DNA from: Candidatus Latescibacterota bacterium
GTDB lineage: Bacteria; Latescibacterota; UBA2968; GCA-2709665
NCBI GenBank assembly: GCA_965219455.1
Contig: OZ244744.1
Span: 2,848,001-2,912,000, forward strand
Reading direction: 5' to 3'
DNA length: 64,000 nt
Every line of letters starts with the position of its first letter. Position 1 is the stretch's first letter. Under the pieces are notes generated by a model. The model saw nothing but the letters and a program-made list of their open reading frames with translations, ran no database searches and was not told the origin of the DNA. This document shows positions 43,523 through 54,034 of the stretch, one piece after another. The translations under genes and the position numbers were made by a program.

Positions 43523-45949
43523 ATGCCGATCCGGCGAAAGCATGACTGGCAGCGACGCCGCATACGGTCGATTTCAATGGCTTCCGTCTTGTTGTGCCTC
43601 GGATTTTGTCTCGCGGCGCCGATTGCCGCCGGAGTGAAGCAGGTTGCCGATAGGCTGTATGAGACGGCGTTGGAGCAGGTGGGAAGTGTCACCGCGAAGG
43701 AGAGTCTGGAGGCCTTCCGGCAAGTATTGAGGGAGAATCGGGACTTTGCGCCAGCCCATTATGAAATCGCAAAACTGTATATGTCCCTTGACACCCCCAT
43801 GGACCGCCAGAGCGCCTGGAAGGCCGTTAAAAATGCCGTTCGTCTAGATCGTGACAATGTGACCTATCGCCTCGCGAAGGGGGATATCTTGTGGGTGCAG
43901 GGATCCTGGCACAATGCCGTAAACGAGTACAAGAAGGTTCTGGAGTTCGATCCCAAAAACGCAAAGGCAGCCTACATGATCGGGCACTATGGAATCAAGA
44001 ACTTCATGAAATATTACGATATGGCAATGACGAGCATGGTGTCGCCAATCGACAGGAGAGAAGGCGCCACGCGTGCCAGACACTCGTTTAGAGGTTTCGG
44101 CATTGAGGAACTGAATGAAGCCGTATCGTACTTGAAGACGTGTATCGAGGCAGACCCCCATTTCAAAGATGCGTATTTCCAACTCGGGCTTGCCTGCCTT
44201 GAGACGAATAGGCCCATAGAACTGATTCGAGTGGCCAACCTGCTTTTGGAGCGCGCCCGTGATGACAAGGATGCGCTGCTCTTCTGCGGGCTCGGATATC
44301 AGGCATTGGGCGAAGAAGCATTGGCGCATGAATTCTATACCAGGGCGCTTCGAAGAATGGCGCCGGATGAGCGGGCAATGATGGAATCGGTAGAGAGCAT
44401 TATGCCGGACGAGGACCGTGCGAAGCTGGATGACTTTCCTCCTGGGCAGGAGGCCGTCGGAGGTGCGCCTCAACCCTGGGTAGATACTGTGGAGCGAGTT
44501 CGATTCTGGCGGCGGCAGGATCCACTGTTTCTGACTGAATTCAATGAACGCCGCATGGAGCATTACGGCCGTGTAGCTTACGCAAATCTGCGGTTCAGCC
44601 GACCCTCAATGGGCATTGAGGGATGGCGGACGGATATGGGCAGAGCGTACATACGACTGGGACGATATCTTAGCCGAAAAGTGCGGCGACCGGAGATCAG
44701 TTCTGGCCCGATAGACTACACCTATACCTTCCGGCAGACGCCACCGATGCGCTGGCAGTTCTCCATACAGAAGGAGACGTGGTTTTACGAGGGTTTTCGG
44801 GTTGATTTTCAGATATCGGATGGATTCCACGGCTTCTCTCCATCTCGTTTACCGGATCAGCCGCGGTATGTCGATCCTTATGGTCGGAAGAAATACAACG
44901 TTCCTCACCAGGTCGCAAGCTTCAAGGATGGGGACAGCCTCCGCGTGGAACTGGCGTATGCGCTGCCGAAATACAATGTGACCGTATCGGATTCGGGCAG
45001 GAGCATTGCACTGGAGAACGGCGTATTCCTGTTCAACGAGCACTGGGACGAGGTGTATCGCAAGCGGTCGGATCTCAAACTGAGGTGGCCCGAGATAACT
45101 ACCAGCGGAATTCCCGTTTCGGACAGCTTACGCAAAAATCACCTGGTGTTTCAGTTGGCATTCGAGGTTCCGGCCGGCACCTACCATCTCGTTGGCGAGG
45201 TGCGGGACCGGAAGCAGGGATCGATCGGGACGTTTCGGGAACAACGCAGGTTCGAGACGGGGGATTCTTCGCTGTGGATGAGCGATCTGTTGCTGGCGGC
45301 GCGGATTGAAACCCGTACCCCGTTTCCGGAAGGTCGTTCGGATCTGGACATTGTGGCGAATCCGCTGAGGACCTACCATCGGTCCGAACCTGCGTTCATC
45401 TACCTGGAGGTTTACAACCTGGAGCGGGACGAATTCGGCCGATCGGAGTACGAGATCGCGTATCGGATAGGCCGGCCGGAGCAGAAGAAGATCGATCCGT
45501 ACCTGTTCGTGGCGCAACGGTTGCCGGAAGGGGGTAAGCAATTGGAGGTGACGCGCGTTTCCAAGACGCGTGAGACGGGCATACGCCGGCCATTGCGAGC
45601 GGCGGACGAAGAAGAACAGCCTCATCAGGGTTTGCCGGTCGGGCCACAAGAGGTGGTTCCGGACTTTTTTGACGCACAGAGGAAGGATGAGTTGACGTAC
45701 CGGGCAAGATTCGTGTTTCCGGAAGAGGATGAACTTGCCAGCCGGATCAAGAAGATGGGTCGAAGCAAAGACGGTGTAGAGACGACGATCACGGCGCGGT
45801 ATGAGGGGGACCGCGAGGACGATTTCACGTATCTGCAGATTGACCTGAGCCACGTGCCTGCAGGCGTGCACCGCCTATCGGTGCGGGTCAGGGACGTGCA
45901 TAACGATCAGGTTGTTTCACGCCACGCTTTGTTCCGCGTGATCGAGTGA
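43523..45949 (+). CDS. TPR-GWxTD protein, subtype B
   Basis: GWRTDMGRAYIRLG; paralog of 40988..43375; start chosen by paralog alignment. Confidence 0.88.
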   Translation: MPIRRKHDWQRRRIRSISMASVLLCLGFCLAAPIAAGVKQVADRLYETALEQVGSVTAKESLEAFRQVLRENRDFAPAHYEIAKLYMSLDTPMDRQSAWKAVKNAVRLDRDNVTYRLAKGDILWVQGSWHNAVNEYKKVLEFDPKNAKAAYMIGHYGIKNFMKYYDMAMTSMVSPIDRREGATRARHSFRGFGIEELNEAVSYLKTCIEADPHFKDAYFQLGLACLETNRPIELIRVANLLLERARDDKDALLFCGLGYQALGEEALAHEFYTRALRRMAPDERAMMESVESIMPDEDRAKLDDFPPGQEAVGGAPQPWVDTVERVRFWRRQDPLFLTEFNERRMEHYGRVAYANLRFSRPSMGIEGWRTDMGRAYIRLGRYLSRKVRRPEISSGPIDYTYTFRQTPPMRWQFSIQKETWFYEGFRVDFQISDGFHGFSPSRLPDQPRYVDPYGRKKYNVPHQVASFKDGDSLRVELAYALPKYNVTVSDSGRSIALENGVFLFNEHWDEVYRKRSDLKLRWPEITTSGIPVSDSLRKNHLVFQLAFEVPAGTYHLVGEVRDRKQGSIGTFREQRRFETGDSSLWMSDLLLAARIETRTPFPEGRSDLDIVANPLRTYHRSEPAFIYLEVYNLERDEFGRSEYEIAYRIGRPEQKKIDPYLFVAQRLPEGGKQLEVTRVSKTRETGIRRPLRAADEEEQPHQGLPVGPQEVVPDFFDAQRKDELTYRARFVFPEEDELASRIKKMGRSKDGVETTITARYEGDREDDFTYLQIDLSHVPAGVHRLSVRVRDVHNDQVVSRHALFRVIE

Positions 45950-46204
45950 ACAGGCTTATGGGATTGTGGCATGGCCAACGACGTTCCTTATTGCCCCCGA
46001 TGGGAAAATCATCGGGAAAAACCTGCGAGTCGTAGGGCTGGCCGATCTCGTGAAGGAAAAAATATCCGCGTATGAATCTCAATAGCGCGGGAACAAACGT
46101 GTTCCGATTACCGTCCCGCGGAGATTCGGACCTGGAGAAGATCGCGCATTACCCCTATTTGGACATTCGCTCTTTCCAATCCATTTGACGGAGCCCTGGG
46201 AACG

Positions 46205-47236
46205 ATGAGACGATATACAATTGTCGTGTTGCTTGCCCTTGGCGCGATGCTGACGGCGAGGCAGCTTCTGACAGCCCAGGCCGCCCGCAACGCGGATTTC
46301 GACGCCAATGGGATCGTGGATTTTGGGGACTTCATTCTGTTCGCGCAGGCTTTCGGGTCGAATCAATCAAGTTTCGACCTCGACGGCAACGGAAGCGTGG
46401 ACTTTCCCGATTTTGTCCTCTTTGCGAAGCGGTTTGGCGAGGGTATGCCGGAAGAGGATATCACTATAACGCTTCCGAGGGGGATAAAGCTGGAAATGGT
46501 GTGGATACAGCCGGGCAGGTTTCTGATGGGTTCGCCTCTTACAGAACCAGAACGAGATGACGACGAGGGTCCCCAACATGAAGTCACGATCACGAAGGGG
46601 TTCTATCTGGGCAAATACGAAGTCACGCAGGCACAGTGGGAGAGCGTGATGAATACGCGCCCGTGGGCGAGGTCCGGGGCATCCGGAGATCCGAAAAAGG
46701 GAGACTTCCCTGCTTTTTTTGTGCGCTGGGAGGACGTTGAGACGTTTGTTCGCAGATTGAACGAAACGGAGGGAAAGGATATTTTCCGATTGCCCACCGA
46801 GGCGGAGTGGGAATACGCGTGCAGGGCCGGGACAACGAGTCCATGGTCGATCGGCGACGACTTGACCCGAGTCAGTGATTACGCACGCTATTATGAAAAC
46901 TCACGAACTGCGACTGTACAGGAGGATGGGCGCGTCGTCTACGGAAGTCCGGAGGCGCAGGAAGCAGGGGGCGTGTTTCCGAACCCATGGGGCCTTTACG
47001 ATATGCACGGGAACGTACGGGAGTTGGTGCAGGATTTCTACGGGCCGTATCCGGCAACGCCGCAGACAGATCCCACGGGGCCAGAAGCACCCGTCGAAGG
47101 AGGGCGACCTGAAAACAACCACGTCATACGAGGCGGCTCTCACAACGACAGACCACCGGCGTTGCGGTCGGCGGCACGTCTTCGCGGGGGAGCAAGCATT
47201 CGTACCGGCTTTCGTGTGGTGAAAGAAAACAGATGA
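46205..47236 (+). CDS. Secreted EF-hand/dockerin-like + FGE-sulfatase (SUMF1) domain protein 1
   Basis: DFDANGIVDFGDF / DLDGNGSVDFPDF; FLMGS, YEVTQ, RLPTEAEWEYACRAG, GLYDMHGNV, RGGS..R..GFR. Confidence 0.9.
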   Translation: MRRYTIVVLLALGAMLTARQLLTAQAARNADFDANGIVDFGDFILFAQAFGSNQSSFDLDGNGSVDFPDFVLFAKRFGEGMPEEDITITLPRGIKLEMVWIQPGRFLMGSPLTEPERDDDEGPQHEVTITKGFYLGKYEVTQAQWESVMNTRPWARSGASGDPKKGDFPAFFVRWEDVETFVRRLNETEGKDIFRLPTEAEWEYACRAGTTSPWSIGDDLTRVSDYARYYENSRTATVQEDGRVVYGSPEAQEAGGVFPNPWGLYDMHGNVRELVQDFYGPYPATPQTDPTGPEAPVEGGRPENNHVIRGGSHNDRPPALRSAARLRGGASIRTGFRVVKENR

Positions 47237-47401
47237 ACGCTGATAAATATAAAGACGTGATTTCTGAGTGGCTGTTCAGGGTCTTGCAAAAGTTGAAAAG
47301 TCAAGGGTAGAGCGTGGAGGTTGCAGGCTGCCTGCCAACTGATGAGGCGACTCCCGTCAAGGGGAGACTGAATGCACCGTCGATCGGGTTCTCGCCCATC
47401 C

Positions 47402-47587
47402 GTGAATGTCACCGCCTGAAGATGAAGCGCATGTGCTGCCCGGCAGGTAGGGGCCCGTGACAGACGCTCGATCATCATCCGACGCGAGCAGGAGATGCTT
47501 CGTCAGCCTGACGCCTGCCTGTGCAGGGCACGGCAGACAGGGCTTCTTCAGAGTCTGGGCGCACGTGTGACGGACGCATTTCGCGGA
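47402..47587 (-). repeat. Dispersed ~150-185 bp element; inverted homolog at 55236-55385
   Basis: Shares CCGTCACACGTGCGCCC..CTCTGA.GAAGCC..GGCTGACGAAGCATCTCCTG..GCGTCTGTCACG..GGCAGCACAT. Confidence 0.75.
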
Positions 47588-47684
47588 TGATTCCACGGCG
47601 CGTTTTAAGGTCTTGCGGTTTCGGTTTCGGCTTTTTGGATGATCACACGTGAATCCGTTACGATTCGTTGGAGGCTTGCAGATA

Positions 47685-48719
47685 ATGAGACGATATACAA
47701 TTGTCATGTTGCTTGCCATTGGCGCGATGCTGACTGCGTGGCAGCCACTGTTCGCCCAGTCCGCCCGCAACGGGGATTTCGACGCCAACGGAATCGTGGA
47801 TTTCGGGGACTTCATCCTGTTCGCGCAGGCTTTCGGGTCGAATCAACCCCTTTTCGACCTTGACGGCAATGGAAGCGTGGGTTTTTCGGATTTCATCCTG
47901 TTTGCAAAGCGGTTCGGCGAGGGTGCACCGGAAGCGGAGATTACGGTGACGCTGCCCGGCGGCGCAAAGCTGGAGATGGTCTGGATCCAGCCGGGACGCT
48001 TCCTGATGGGGTCGCCCGATTCTGAGCCCGACCGGGACGACCACGAGGGTCCCCGGCATGAAGTCACGATTACAACGGGATTCTACATGGGCAAGCACGA
48101 AGTCACGCAGGCGCAGTGGGAGAGCGTGATGGATACGCGTCCCTGGCTTATGGGAGTGGTTTCTCAGGTTCCCGGTAGAGGGAACTTTCCGTCCAACAGA
48201 ATGCGCTGGCACGAAGTCGAGACATTCATACGTGAATTGAACGAGGCCGAAGGATCGGATATTTTCCGGTTGCCCACCGAGGCGGAGTGGGAATATGCAT
48301 GCAGGGCCGGCACGACGACCCCCTGGTCGTTCGGAGAGAATTCGACCCGAATCGACGATTTCGCGCGTTATTATGAGAACTCACGAAAGACGATCGTTAG
48401 GGATGACGGTAGCATAGCCTACGGAAGTCCGGAGGTGCAGGAAACGGGGGGCACTTTTCCGAACCCGTGGGGCCTATATGATATGCACGGGAATGTACGG
48501 GAACTCGTGCAGGATTACTACGGTCCGTATTCGGAAGAGCCGCAGGTCGATCCCAAAGGGCCCGACGCTCCCACCGGAGGACGCGCTCCGGATGGCGGTC
48601 ACGCTCTGAGAGGAGGATCGAGTTTCGACCGCCCCGCATGGATTCGGTCGGCTGCCCGCTCGTTCGGGTGGATGCCGGACGCTTTCACCGGGTTTCGTGT
48701 GGTGATGGAACATAGATAA
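47685..48719 (+). CDS. Secreted EF-hand/dockerin-like + FGE-sulfatase domain protein 2
   Basis: Paralog of 46205..47236; GGAGG RBS. Confidence 0.9.
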   Translation: MRRYTIVMLLAIGAMLTAWQPLFAQSARNGDFDANGIVDFGDFILFAQAFGSNQPLFDLDGNGSVGFSDFILFAKRFGEGAPEAEITVTLPGGAKLEMVWIQPGRFLMGSPDSEPDRDDHEGPRHEVTITTGFYMGKHEVTQAQWESVMDTRPWLMGVVSQVPGRGNFPSNRMRWHEVETFIRELNEAEGSDIFRLPTEAEWEYACRAGTTTPWSFGENSTRIDDFARYYENSRKTIVRDDGSIAYGSPEVQETGGTFPNPWGLYDMHGNVRELVQDYYGPYSEEPQVDPKGPDAPTGGRAPDGGHALRGGSSFDRPAWIRSAARSFGWMPDAFTGFRVVMEHR

Positions 48720-49040
48720 ATCCTGAAAAACAACGAGACAAGATTTCTGAGTGGCCGTTCAGGGCTTACAGCAAAACTTCTACGCAAGATACGTACATGT
48801 TTATTCATACTGCTTGCATAGGGTTTCGCGTTAAAGATAAAAAGCCAAGTGTAGGGCATGCGATTACGGCCTGCATGTCCGAGGGACGCAGGCCGGCGCA
48901 GGCAGGGCTGAGCATAGCAGAGCCGCGCCAGGTTATCAGAACCACAAATCGCTTTGTCGGTTTCGGAATTTGCGACGACCTCTCGAGAATTCTCATTTTT
49001 TCTCACTTTGATTCGTTGACTTGCTGGAGATACGTGAACA

Positions 49041-50084
49041 ATGAAACGGTATGCCATTAACCTGCTGCTTGTCTTCGCAGCGCTGCTGACTGCGTGGCAG
49101 CCACTGATCGCCCAGTCTGCCCGCGATGCGGATTTCGACGCCAATGGTATTGTGGACTTTGGGGACTTCATCCTGTTCGCTCAGGCATTCGGGTCGAATC
49201 AGCCCAGTTTCGACCTCGATGGCAGTGGAAGCGTGGATTTTTCGGATTTCATCCTTTTTGCGCAGCGGTTTGGGGAGGGTGTGCCGGAAGAGGATATTTC
49301 GGTGACGCTTCCGGGAGGCGCAAAGCTGGAGATGGTCTGGATCCAACCGGGCAGGTTCCTGATGGGATCGCCCAATTCGGAGCCTGGTCGGAATGAGGAC
49401 GAGGGTCCCCAGCATGAAGTCACCATCACAAAGGGATTCTACCTGGGCAAGTACGAAGTCACGCAGTCGCAGTGGGAAAGCATAATGAATACCCGACCGT
49501 GGGCGAGATTTGGGGCATCTGGAGATCCAGAAAAAGCCAACTACCCGGCCTTCTATATGGAATGGCGGGCCGTCGAGACATTTTTCCGCAGGTTGAATGA
49601 AGCCGAAGGGAAGGATGTCTACCAATTGCCCACGGAGGCCGAGTGGGAATATGCGTGCAGGGCCGGGACCTCAACGCCCTGGTCATTCGGAAAAGATTCG
49701 ACCCAGGTCGGCAGTTACGCGCGCAATTACGAGAACTCGCGTAGCGCCACTGTTCTGGAGAACGGGTTAATTGCGTACGGTAACCCGGAGCCGCAGGAAA
49801 CAGGGGGCGTTTTTCCAAATGCGTGGGGGCTGTACGATATGCACGGGAATGTCTGGGAATGGGTGCGGGATGTTTACGGTCCGTACACAGGAGAACCGCA
49901 GACTGATCCCACAGGACCTGATCGACCTGCGTCCGCTGAATTGGCCGGTTACGCGTATCCGGAGGATCTTTTTGTCGTCAAAGGGGGGTCGTATTCCGAT
50001 ACCGGCCTGGAAGTGCGGTCGGCTGTTCGGAGGAGTGGCTTGCGAAGTCGCACGGGATTTCGTGTGTTAATGGAACGCAGGTAA
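49041..50084 (+). CDS. Secreted EF-hand/dockerin-like + FGE-sulfatase domain protein 3
   Basis: Paralog with the same motifs (GNVWEW). Confidence 0.9.
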   Translation: MKRYAINLLLVFAALLTAWQPLIAQSARDADFDANGIVDFGDFILFAQAFGSNQPSFDLDGSGSVDFSDFILFAQRFGEGVPEEDISVTLPGGAKLEMVWIQPGRFLMGSPNSEPGRNEDEGPQHEVTITKGFYLGKYEVTQSQWESIMNTRPWARFGASGDPEKANYPAFYMEWRAVETFFRRLNEAEGKDVYQLPTEAEWEYACRAGTSTPWSFGKDSTQVGSYARNYENSRSATVLENGLIAYGNPEPQETGGVFPNAWGLYDMHGNVWEWVRDVYGPYTGEPQTDPTGPDRPASAELAGYAYPEDLFVVKGGSYSDTGLEVRSAVRRSGLRSRTGFRVLMERR

Positions 50085-50197
50085 ATCTCACGCAGCGGGA
50101 TCAGCCGATATTCAATAGCAGTTTATTCAAGGTTCAGTGTCCTGGAGGGTTGTGATTCAGGACCTCTTGTTCACACGCTGTACCTGGAATTCGTCAA

Positions 50198-53100
50198 ATG
50201 GCCAATTCAAGGACCAGAATCAATCCGAAGACTATCCGGATGTCGCCCGGTCGCAGCCTCGGGTTCAAGACAGCGTTGCTTGCCGCGACGCTTCTCTGCC
50301 CCCGGCCCTGCTGGTCGATGGAAATCCGCCCGGTGACATCTCCGAACGGGAGGATGCTCGCGTATGCCGTCGAACGCGGCGAACGGAGGGCGCTGATGAC
50401 GGAAATATGGCTGGCGCGCGCCGTCGGCGCCAGTCCGGAACGGCTCAGGACCTATCCGGGCGCTGCGGGCCCCCTCGATTTCCTCCCTGATGGCAGCGCT
50501 CTTATCTATCTCGAACGGAGTCTCAGGTATCCCGCCTTCGGATCGTACCTCGCGGGTGGCCGCACCCTGCCGATTGTGAAGAACCGGATCTGGGTATTAG
50601 AGGTCGACAGAATGGACGAGAGCCGATGGCCGCTTCCGCCCGAACTGAATCCACTGGACGTTGCCGTTTCTCCGGACGGCAACTTGCTCGCGGTACGTGG
50701 TGAGTCGGACGGCGTGGTGGACGGGGGTAAGCCGGGGCTCTGGTCGGTCGACCGTAACGGACAGGCAACGCAACTATTGAGCGGCAGGACATCCGGCGAA
50801 CTGCGCTGGTCCGACGACGGTGGTAAAATCTATTTCGTCGAGAGCGATACGACGTCGAAAGCGATAAAGTTCGTTCACGTGGAAACCGGCCAGGTGGGCA
50901 CGGAAACCGTCCCCGACGACGCCAACATTCGCGCCGTCCCCGAGACCCCCCCCGCCGATTTCAAATCCACTCCGTCCGCACGTGAACAGATTTCCCTGCA
51001 AAGGGCTCTGGGCGAGCTTCAGAGAGGATTGAGCCGGTTGAGCCGGATGAACTCGGCCGTGCACCGGGCGGACCGCCACAGGGAAAAGGACGCGCGCAGG
51101 GCCGTTGAGCGGATGTTCGCGGGGCTCCACAAACATCACAAGGACCTCAGGATCTCGAAAGCGAGTTGCCTCGCCTACGTGGCGACGCTGCGCGAACAGC
51201 AACTCAGAACCACGTCCGCCGCACGGGAACATGCCTGCCTGGAACACATGTTTGTCCTGAATGACATGACGCTCCGCTACGCCGAAAAGCACGGCGCCGT
51301 TCCAGGTGACCACGGAATTTTGTATGATTGGGCGAAACAGAATATCGATATGCAGGCGTCCAGCGAAGCAGAACTCAGGCGAGACAGGGAAGTCCTCGAC
51401 ATTCTCTTTCGATGTCCGGCGATTTCCGAATCGAAACCGCTGGTCAAAAATCTCTACAGACCGAACGCCGCGCCCGGCATGCCGGTTCTGGCCTGTTTCT
51501 GGCACCCGGACCGGTATCTCCACCTGACGGAAACAGCGGACGGCCACCGGCTTGAGGCGATGGACATGCGTTCGGATACGGTCGACTCCCTCTTCGCCGT
51601 TGTGTTACAGCACGCGAAGGAGAACCGGCTCCGGGAGGCGGCGGCCCTGTTCCAACTCGTCGCCGTCCAGCGACCGAAGGATGCGCCCCTCCACATTGAT
51701 CTCGGGCACGCCTACTACCAGGCAGAAGACTACAAGCGTGCGATGTGGGCCTTCAAGAAATCCATCTCTCTATGGGGCGGCGCGAGGGCGTACCACGGCG
51801 TGGGCCTGGTGTATGCAGAGCTACCAAAGGAACGCAACCTGGCCATCCACTATTTCCAGGAGGCGCTTGCCCGGGATCACGGGTTTGTGGACGCCCGATA
51901 TCAGATCGCCAGGATGCGCTATCTGATGAGAGAGTACGACGTGGGCCGCGCCGTCGACCGGGTGTTGGAACTCGACCCGAAATACGCGGATGCCTACCTC
52001 CTGATGGGCGACTGGTACGCCAACTTCTGGAAGGACTACGAACAGGCCATTGTCTGGTACACCCGTTACATGGCGCTGCGACCCGGCGATTCCAGCCTGC
52101 GCAGCCGGCTGGGTATCGCCTACCTGATGATCGAAGACTACGAGAAGATCATGGCAAAGTTGCTGGGTTTCGTCGAGCGGAACCCCGATGCAATCGAACT
52201 GATGCCGATTGTCGCCCAGGCGTCCATGAAGCAGGGTAAGCCGGACATGGCGATGGAGTTTTTCCAGGACTATATCTCGAAAATTACGGCCGGCGATCGG
52301 GTCTTGTATGAAGACATCCGCCTTGTTTCGTCATCCGAGGAATATGATGAATTCAACGAAACCCCCGCGGCCGAACGCCGGGCATTCCTGAAACGATTCT
52401 GGAACGACCGGGATCCGGACCTGTCCACGCCGGTAAACGAGCGCGAGCTGGAACACTATCGGCGTGTGTGGCACGCGTTGACGGAATTCTCGAAAAACAA
52501 GCAGCCGTGGGACGTCAGGGGCGAGGTGTACATCCGGTTCGGGGAACCGGATCACCGTTCCAGATCCGATCAACCCAACTTTCGACAGAGCCTGGCCGTG
52601 CAGCGGGTCAAGGAACGCCTTGCCGCGGGCATCTATGGGGCCGACGGAATGGCGGCAACGTTTATGGGACCCGTCTTTCCCATACGCGGCCTGGGAAAAC
52701 TGGATGGGTCATTTTTCCAACTGAGAGATGTCGAAATGGAAAGCGCATCGTCTTTGGATACCGAGGGCGAGGGTGGTAGCGGCAATGAGAGCGGTGGACC
52801 AGGTCCGGCGGCCGGATCAGGTGGAGCGGGGCAACTACAACCACCATCCGAAGATACCTTGCGGATGGGCATCCTGCCTGTGGACAAGCGCCTGGGATTC
52901 GGCGACTATCACCCGGTTACGTCGGGAGAAGACATGGGCACGATCCCATGGGAAAATTGGATTTACACCGTTGCGGGCGGCGGCATTGAAATCACCTTTA
53001 CGGACGAATTCGGCTCCGGAACGTATGAATACGCCCCCATGCCGCCCAACCAGGGCGACATTTCGATCGGCCAGACCGCCAGATTAAGCACGCACTCTCC

Positions 53101-53980
53101 ACGATCCATTTACGCGCGGGCTGCCAGAGCCACACCCGATTACTATGCGCCCGAAGATGAGAAGCCCCCTCTCGATTTCCACTATTCGCTGGCTGACTTC
53201 CGGGGCGAGGATGGCAACAGCCTTCTCGAAGTCTACTACGGCGTCCCCATTCTTCCCGCCCACTACATGGGGGACGAGGATGTCACGCGGCAGGTACTGA
53301 CGCACCATGCGTCGCTCATTTCATCCTCGCTGGACACGGTCTACCGGCAAACGGATGGGTTGACGTACGAGGCTGCCGGCAACCAGGCCGGCGAGGGCAT
53401 ACTGGTTCCTGGCGTACTGAAGCTGACCCTGCCGCCGGGCGCCTACCGCCTGGAAGTGAAGTCGCAGGACCGCCTCAGAGGACGCATGGGCGCCTATCGA
53501 CAGCACGTCGTCGTGGAGCCGTATGGAAAAAGTCGACTGCAGATCAGCGATCTGGAACTGGCCTGGCAGGTTGCCGCGGAAAATGTAGACAACCGGTTCA
53601 GAAAGGGAGACCTGAACGTTGTCCCGATGCCCTCAAGAACTTTCAAAAGGGGACAGAGCGTATTCGTCTACTACGAAATCTATAACCTGGCGAAGGACGA
53701 GTTCGGACGGACGAACTACAACGTCTCCTATACGATTACATCCAGAGACACACCGGAACAGGTGAGCAATATTTCACGCCTGTTCCGGTGGCGAACCGGC
53801 AAGAGGGAAGAATTGGCTGTCACGTACGAACAGCAGGGCGAGTCCGGTGACGAAGTCGAATACGTGGAACTGGCGCTGGGTGAACAGACGCCAGGTCGAT
53901 ACTCTCTGAAGGTATCGATCACCGATAAAAACAGCCACGTGTCGGCGGAGAAAGACGCGGTCTTCGTCATCGCGCGATAG
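50198..53980 (+). CDS. Large TPR-GWxTD protein, subtype A, with N-terminal TolB/PD40-like propeller segment
   Basis: SPNGRMLAY, FLPDGSALIY, VSPDGNLLA, WSDDGGKIYF; TPRs; FWNDRDP..TPVNERELEHYRRV; PWDVRGEVYIRFGEP. Confidence 0.86.
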   Translation: MANSRTRINPKTIRMSPGRSLGFKTALLAATLLCPRPCWSMEIRPVTSPNGRMLAYAVERGERRALMTEIWLARAVGASPERLRTYPGAAGPLDFLPDGSALIYLERSLRYPAFGSYLAGGRTLPIVKNRIWVLEVDRMDESRWPLPPELNPLDVAVSPDGNLLAVRGESDGVVDGGKPGLWSVDRNGQATQLLSGRTSGELRWSDDGGKIYFVESDTTSKAIKFVHVETGQVGTETVPDDANIRAVPETPPADFKSTPSAREQISLQRALGELQRGLSRLSRMNSAVHRADRHREKDARRAVERMFAGLHKHHKDLRISKASCLAYVATLREQQLRTTSAAREHACLEHMFVLNDMTLRYAEKHGAVPGDHGILYDWAKQNIDMQASSEAELRRDREVLDILFRCPAISESKPLVKNLYRPNAAPGMPVLACFWHPDRYLHLTETADGHRLEAMDMRSDTVDSLFAVVLQHAKENRLREAAALFQLVAVQRPKDAPLHIDLGHAYYQAEDYKRAMWAFKKSISLWGGARAYHGVGLVYAELPKERNLAIHYFQEALARDHGFVDARYQIARMRYLMREYDVGRAVDRVLELDPKYADAYLLMGDWYANFWKDYEQAIVWYTRYMALRPGDSSLRSRLGIAYLMIEDYEKIMAKLLGFVERNPDAIELMPIVAQASMKQGKPDMAMEFFQDYISKITAGDRVLYEDIRLVSSSEEYDEFNETPAAERRAFLKRFWNDRDPDLSTPVNERELEHYRRVWHALTEFSKNKQPWDVRGEVYIRFGEPDHRSRSDQPNFRQSLAVQRVKERLAAGIYGADGMAATFMGPVFPIRGLGKLDGSFFQLRDVEMESASSLDTEGEGGSGNESGGPGPAAGSGGAGQLQPPSEDTLRMGILPVDKRLGFGDYHPVTSGEDMGTIPWENWIYTVAGGGIEITFTDEFGSGTYEYAPMPPNQGDISIGQTARLSTHSPRSIYARAARATPDYYAPEDEKPPLDFHYSLADFRGEDGNSLLEVYYGVPILPAHYMGDEDVTRQVLTHHASLISSSLDTVYRQTDGLTYEAAGNQAGEGILVPGVLKLTLPPGAYRLEVKSQDRLRGRMGAYRQHVVVEPYGKSRLQISDLELAWQVAAENVDNRFRKGDLNVVPMPSRTFKRGQSVFVYYEIYNLAKDEFGRTNYNVSYTITSRDTPEQVSNISRLFRWRTGKREELAVTYEQQGESGDEVEYVELALGEQTPGRYSLKVSITDKNSHVSAEKDAVFVIAR

Positions 53981-54034
53981 GATTGGTGGATACAACCTGC
54001 CATGTATTCGGCGGTGCGGGAGGAAGGGCACACT

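Noticed and set aside
47335-47380. Hammerhead ribozyme (CTGATGAG...hairpin...GAA)
   Set aside because: GAAT instead of GAAA, stem II is not closed next to the core, and no convincing stems I/III
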